IMG/VR virus record: IMGVR_UViG_3300042822_000018
Location: 1-25,296 of that record
Strand: one strand, 5' to 3'
Source: a virus
Taxonomy: Duplodnaviria > Caudoviricetes
Length of the DNA: 25,296 bases
In this document: positions 23,351 through 25,296 of the stretch, in pieces
How the letters are laid out: each line of letters opens with the position of its first letter
Numbering within the stretch: position 1 is the stretch's first letter
Translations under genes and position numbers: made by a program
The notes under the pieces: model-generated
What the model saw: the letters and a program-made list of their open reading frames with translations, nothing else
What the model was told of the DNA's origin: nothing
Database searches by the model: none

Positions 23351-23359
23351 GAGTAGCCC

Positions 23360-24046
23360 ATGAGTACCGCACTGGTCTGCGCCAGCCCGATCGAGGGTCT
23401 GGTCATGCGCATCATCAAGCTCAACGCCTGCGGGGTGCCGCTCACCGGCACGGGCTCGCCGACGCCGCAGTCCGGCTCGGGCATGCTGGTCATGGACGGC
23501 TTCACTGAGGTCACGCCCAGCCCGCAGTACGACACTGGCGACCGGGTCATCACGCGCAAGGCCAACGGGACGCTCTGCCAGAACTTCAAGATCCCGGACC
23601 AGTACACCAACGACGAAATCACCATGAACTTCTGCGTCTGGAATCCGGCGCTGATCCCTCTCACCATCGGGGGCCGGCTGCTGACCGCCACGCAGTCGCC
23701 GACGGGCACCGGCTTCGCCCGCGGTACCTGGTCGAACGTGACGGCGTCGCACTTCTCGCTGGAGATCTGGCAGGCCCCGCCGCAGGCGTGCGACTCGTCC
23801 GGAACGGTCTACTACCCGTACCACGCGTGGCCGCACATCGCCGACGGGAAGATCGGCGACTTCAACATCAACCTCGACGCCAACATCCTGCAGATCATGG
23901 GCAACACGTACGACGCCAGCCCGCTCTGGACGGCCGGCGCCACGTACCTCGGTGCCAACCAGGTGGTGCTGGGTGATCATCACCTGTACAACCTCGAGAA
24001 CACGGCTCCGCCGCCGGCCAACTGCTTCCTGGCCGACTACCCGTGA
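23360..24046 (+). CDS. Major tail (tube) protein
   Basis: MRIIKLNACG, RKANGTLC, FSLEIW, YHAWPH; SD AGGAG; position in module. Confidence 0.65.
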   Translation: MSTALVCASPIEGLVMRIIKLNACGVPLTGTGSPTPQSGSGMLVMDGFTEVTPSPQYDTGDRVITRKANGTLCQNFKIPDQYTNDEITMNFCVWNPALIPLTIGGRLLTATQSPTGTGFARGTWSNVTASHFSLEIWQAPPQACDSSGTVYYPYHAWPHIADGKIGDFNINLDANILQIMGNTYDASPLWTAGATYLGANQVVLGDHHLYNLENTAPPPANCFLADYP

Positions 24047-24098
24047 TCTAGAGTGACGCTGTAGCCCACTAAGCTGCAGCACGGATCTAGGTGGTGGC

Positions 24099-24140
24099 TC
24101 AGGCCGGCCGATACCCACGGGGGCGGCCGGCCTGATTTGT
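24099..24140 (+). terminator. Intrinsic terminator-like hairpin
   Basis: TCAGGCCGGCCG (24099-24110) / CGGCCGGCCTGA (24124-24135) followed by TTTGT. Confidence 0.65.
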
Positions 24141-24155
24141 AGGGAGGGGAGCCCG

Positions 24156-24998
24156 ATGACGACGCCAACGCCGACCATGGGTCCCTGCGAGTCGTGGGAG
24201 CCGATCTGGAACTGCGCCAGCCTGCAGGGCTCCGAAGCGGTCAGCGGGGCCGCGCTGGCGGCGGCCACGGAGATCCTGTACCAGCGCAGCGCCCAGCGGT
24301 TCGGCCTGTGCCAGTTCACTGTCCGGCCCTGCCGCGAAGACTGCCAGGACGACTCGTGGGGCGGCGGCTGGGGCCTCGGCGGTTGGTCCGGCGGCTGGTG
24401 GCAGGGCGGTTTCGGGCTCGGCGGTGGTGGCGGGCCGCGGCCGGCGCTCATCAACGGGGCCTGGTACAACCTGACCTGCGGCGGCTGCTCGGGTACTTGC
24501 TCGTGCACGGAGATGTCGATCGCGCTACTGCCGTCGCCGGTGGCCGACGTCGTGTCGGTGAAGATCAACGGACAGACCCTGCCCGTCACCGGCTACCGCG
24601 TCGACAACTACCGCGAGCTGGTGCGCCTGGGCGGCTTCACCTGGCCTATCTGTCAGGACATGACGCTTCCTGACACGGCCGACAACACGTGGTCGGTGAC
24701 CGTATCGGTCGGCGAGGAAGTGCCGACCATCGGCAAGATGGCCGTCGGCGAACTCGCCATGGAGATCATGCGGTCATGCCTGGGGGAGGCCTGCGCCATC
24801 CCGCGCAACGCCACCAGCGTCACGCGCCAGGGCATCACCATCGACTTCCCGACCATCTACGACCTGCTCGACCGCAAGCTGCTGGGGCTCTACAACGCTG
24901 ACCTGTTCATCTCGACGTACAACCCGCACGGACTGACCGCCCGGCCGCAGGTCTACGACGTCGACGGGTCAACCAACCGACGCACCACCTGGCCGTGA
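24156..24998 (+). CDS. Head-to-tail adaptor
   Basis: FGLCQFTVRPC, YRVDN, WPICQDM, IPRNATSVTRQGITI, NPHGL; SD GGAGGGG. Confidence 0.7.
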   Translation: MTTPTPTMGPCESWEPIWNCASLQGSEAVSGAALAAATEILYQRSAQRFGLCQFTVRPCREDCQDDSWGGGWGLGGWSGGWWQGGFGLGGGGGPRPALINGAWYNLTCGGCSGTCSCTEMSIALLPSPVADVVSVKINGQTLPVTGYRVDNYRELVRLGGFTWPICQDMTLPDTADNTWSVTVSVGEEVPTIGKMAVGELAMEIMRSCLGEACAIPRNATSVTRQGITIDFPTIYDLLDRKLLGLYNADLFISTYNPHGLTARPQVYDVDGSTNRRTTWP

Positions 24999-25005
24999 TG
25001 CCGCG

Positions 25006-25296
25006 ATGAGCACCGTATTCGCCGGCGCCATCCCGCCCAACGAGGGCAACTTCGGCGGCGTCACCGGCTTCGACTTCACCGTCAACACCACCGGCGACGT
25101 CGACGGCATCTGGTGGTACCAGCCCACCGGGTCGGCCGCCGCCGTCACGCCCGGGCTCTACGACACCCAGACCCAGGCCCTGCTCGCCACCGCGCCGGCC
25201 ACCGCAGGCCTGCCCGCCGGTGCGTGGTCGCTCATCCCGCTGGCCGCCTCGGTCAGCCTCACGCCCGGCACGATCTACACCGCGGCCTGCTACCAG
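25006..25296 (+). CDS. DUF4082-like beta-sandwich virion protein (truncated by window end)
   Basis: GFDFTVNTTGDVDGIWWYQP...GLYD...LLAT...GAWSLIPLAASVSLTPGTIYTA; no stop before 25296. Confidence 0.6.
   Translation, partial: MSTVFAGAIPPNEGNFGGVTGFDFTVNTTGDVDGIWWYQPTGSAAAVTPGLYDTQTQALLATAPATAGLPAGAWSLIPLAASVSLTPGTIYTAACYQ

Larger units (their letters stand above)
1..25296 (+). mobile_element. Actinobacteriophage or prophage genome segment
   Basis: Colinear terminase-portal-MuF-protease-capsid-tail module; no host housekeeping genes; no integrase or att site in the window. Confidence 0.95.

Overview
GC-rich actinobacterial tailed phage or prophage segment with almost all genes on the + strand. 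Left part (1-5794): origin-like inverted repeats and late replication/DNA-modification genes (N6A/N4C DNA methylase, SF2 helicase, RusA resolvase, Mom-like XF1762 protein). Middle (5808-10752): probable small terminase, an XRE regulator coupled to the large terminase, and an accessory block of small/membrane genes with leaderless promoters. Right (10931-25296): head and tail module (portal, MuF, prohead protease, two capsid proteins, tail tube, adaptor, DUF4082-like). The standout is a 1528-aa polyvalent MuF protein with a zincin protease, a Rho-N-like domain, two GrpE-like repeats flanking a PI-kinase/HipA-like kinase, and a C-terminal DUF3626-like domain. It is followed by three small candidate immunity genes and a 2H phosphoesterase (Acb1/LigT-like), suggesting a virion-delivered effector/anti-defence payload. 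All family calls come from motif recognition by eye, not database searches.
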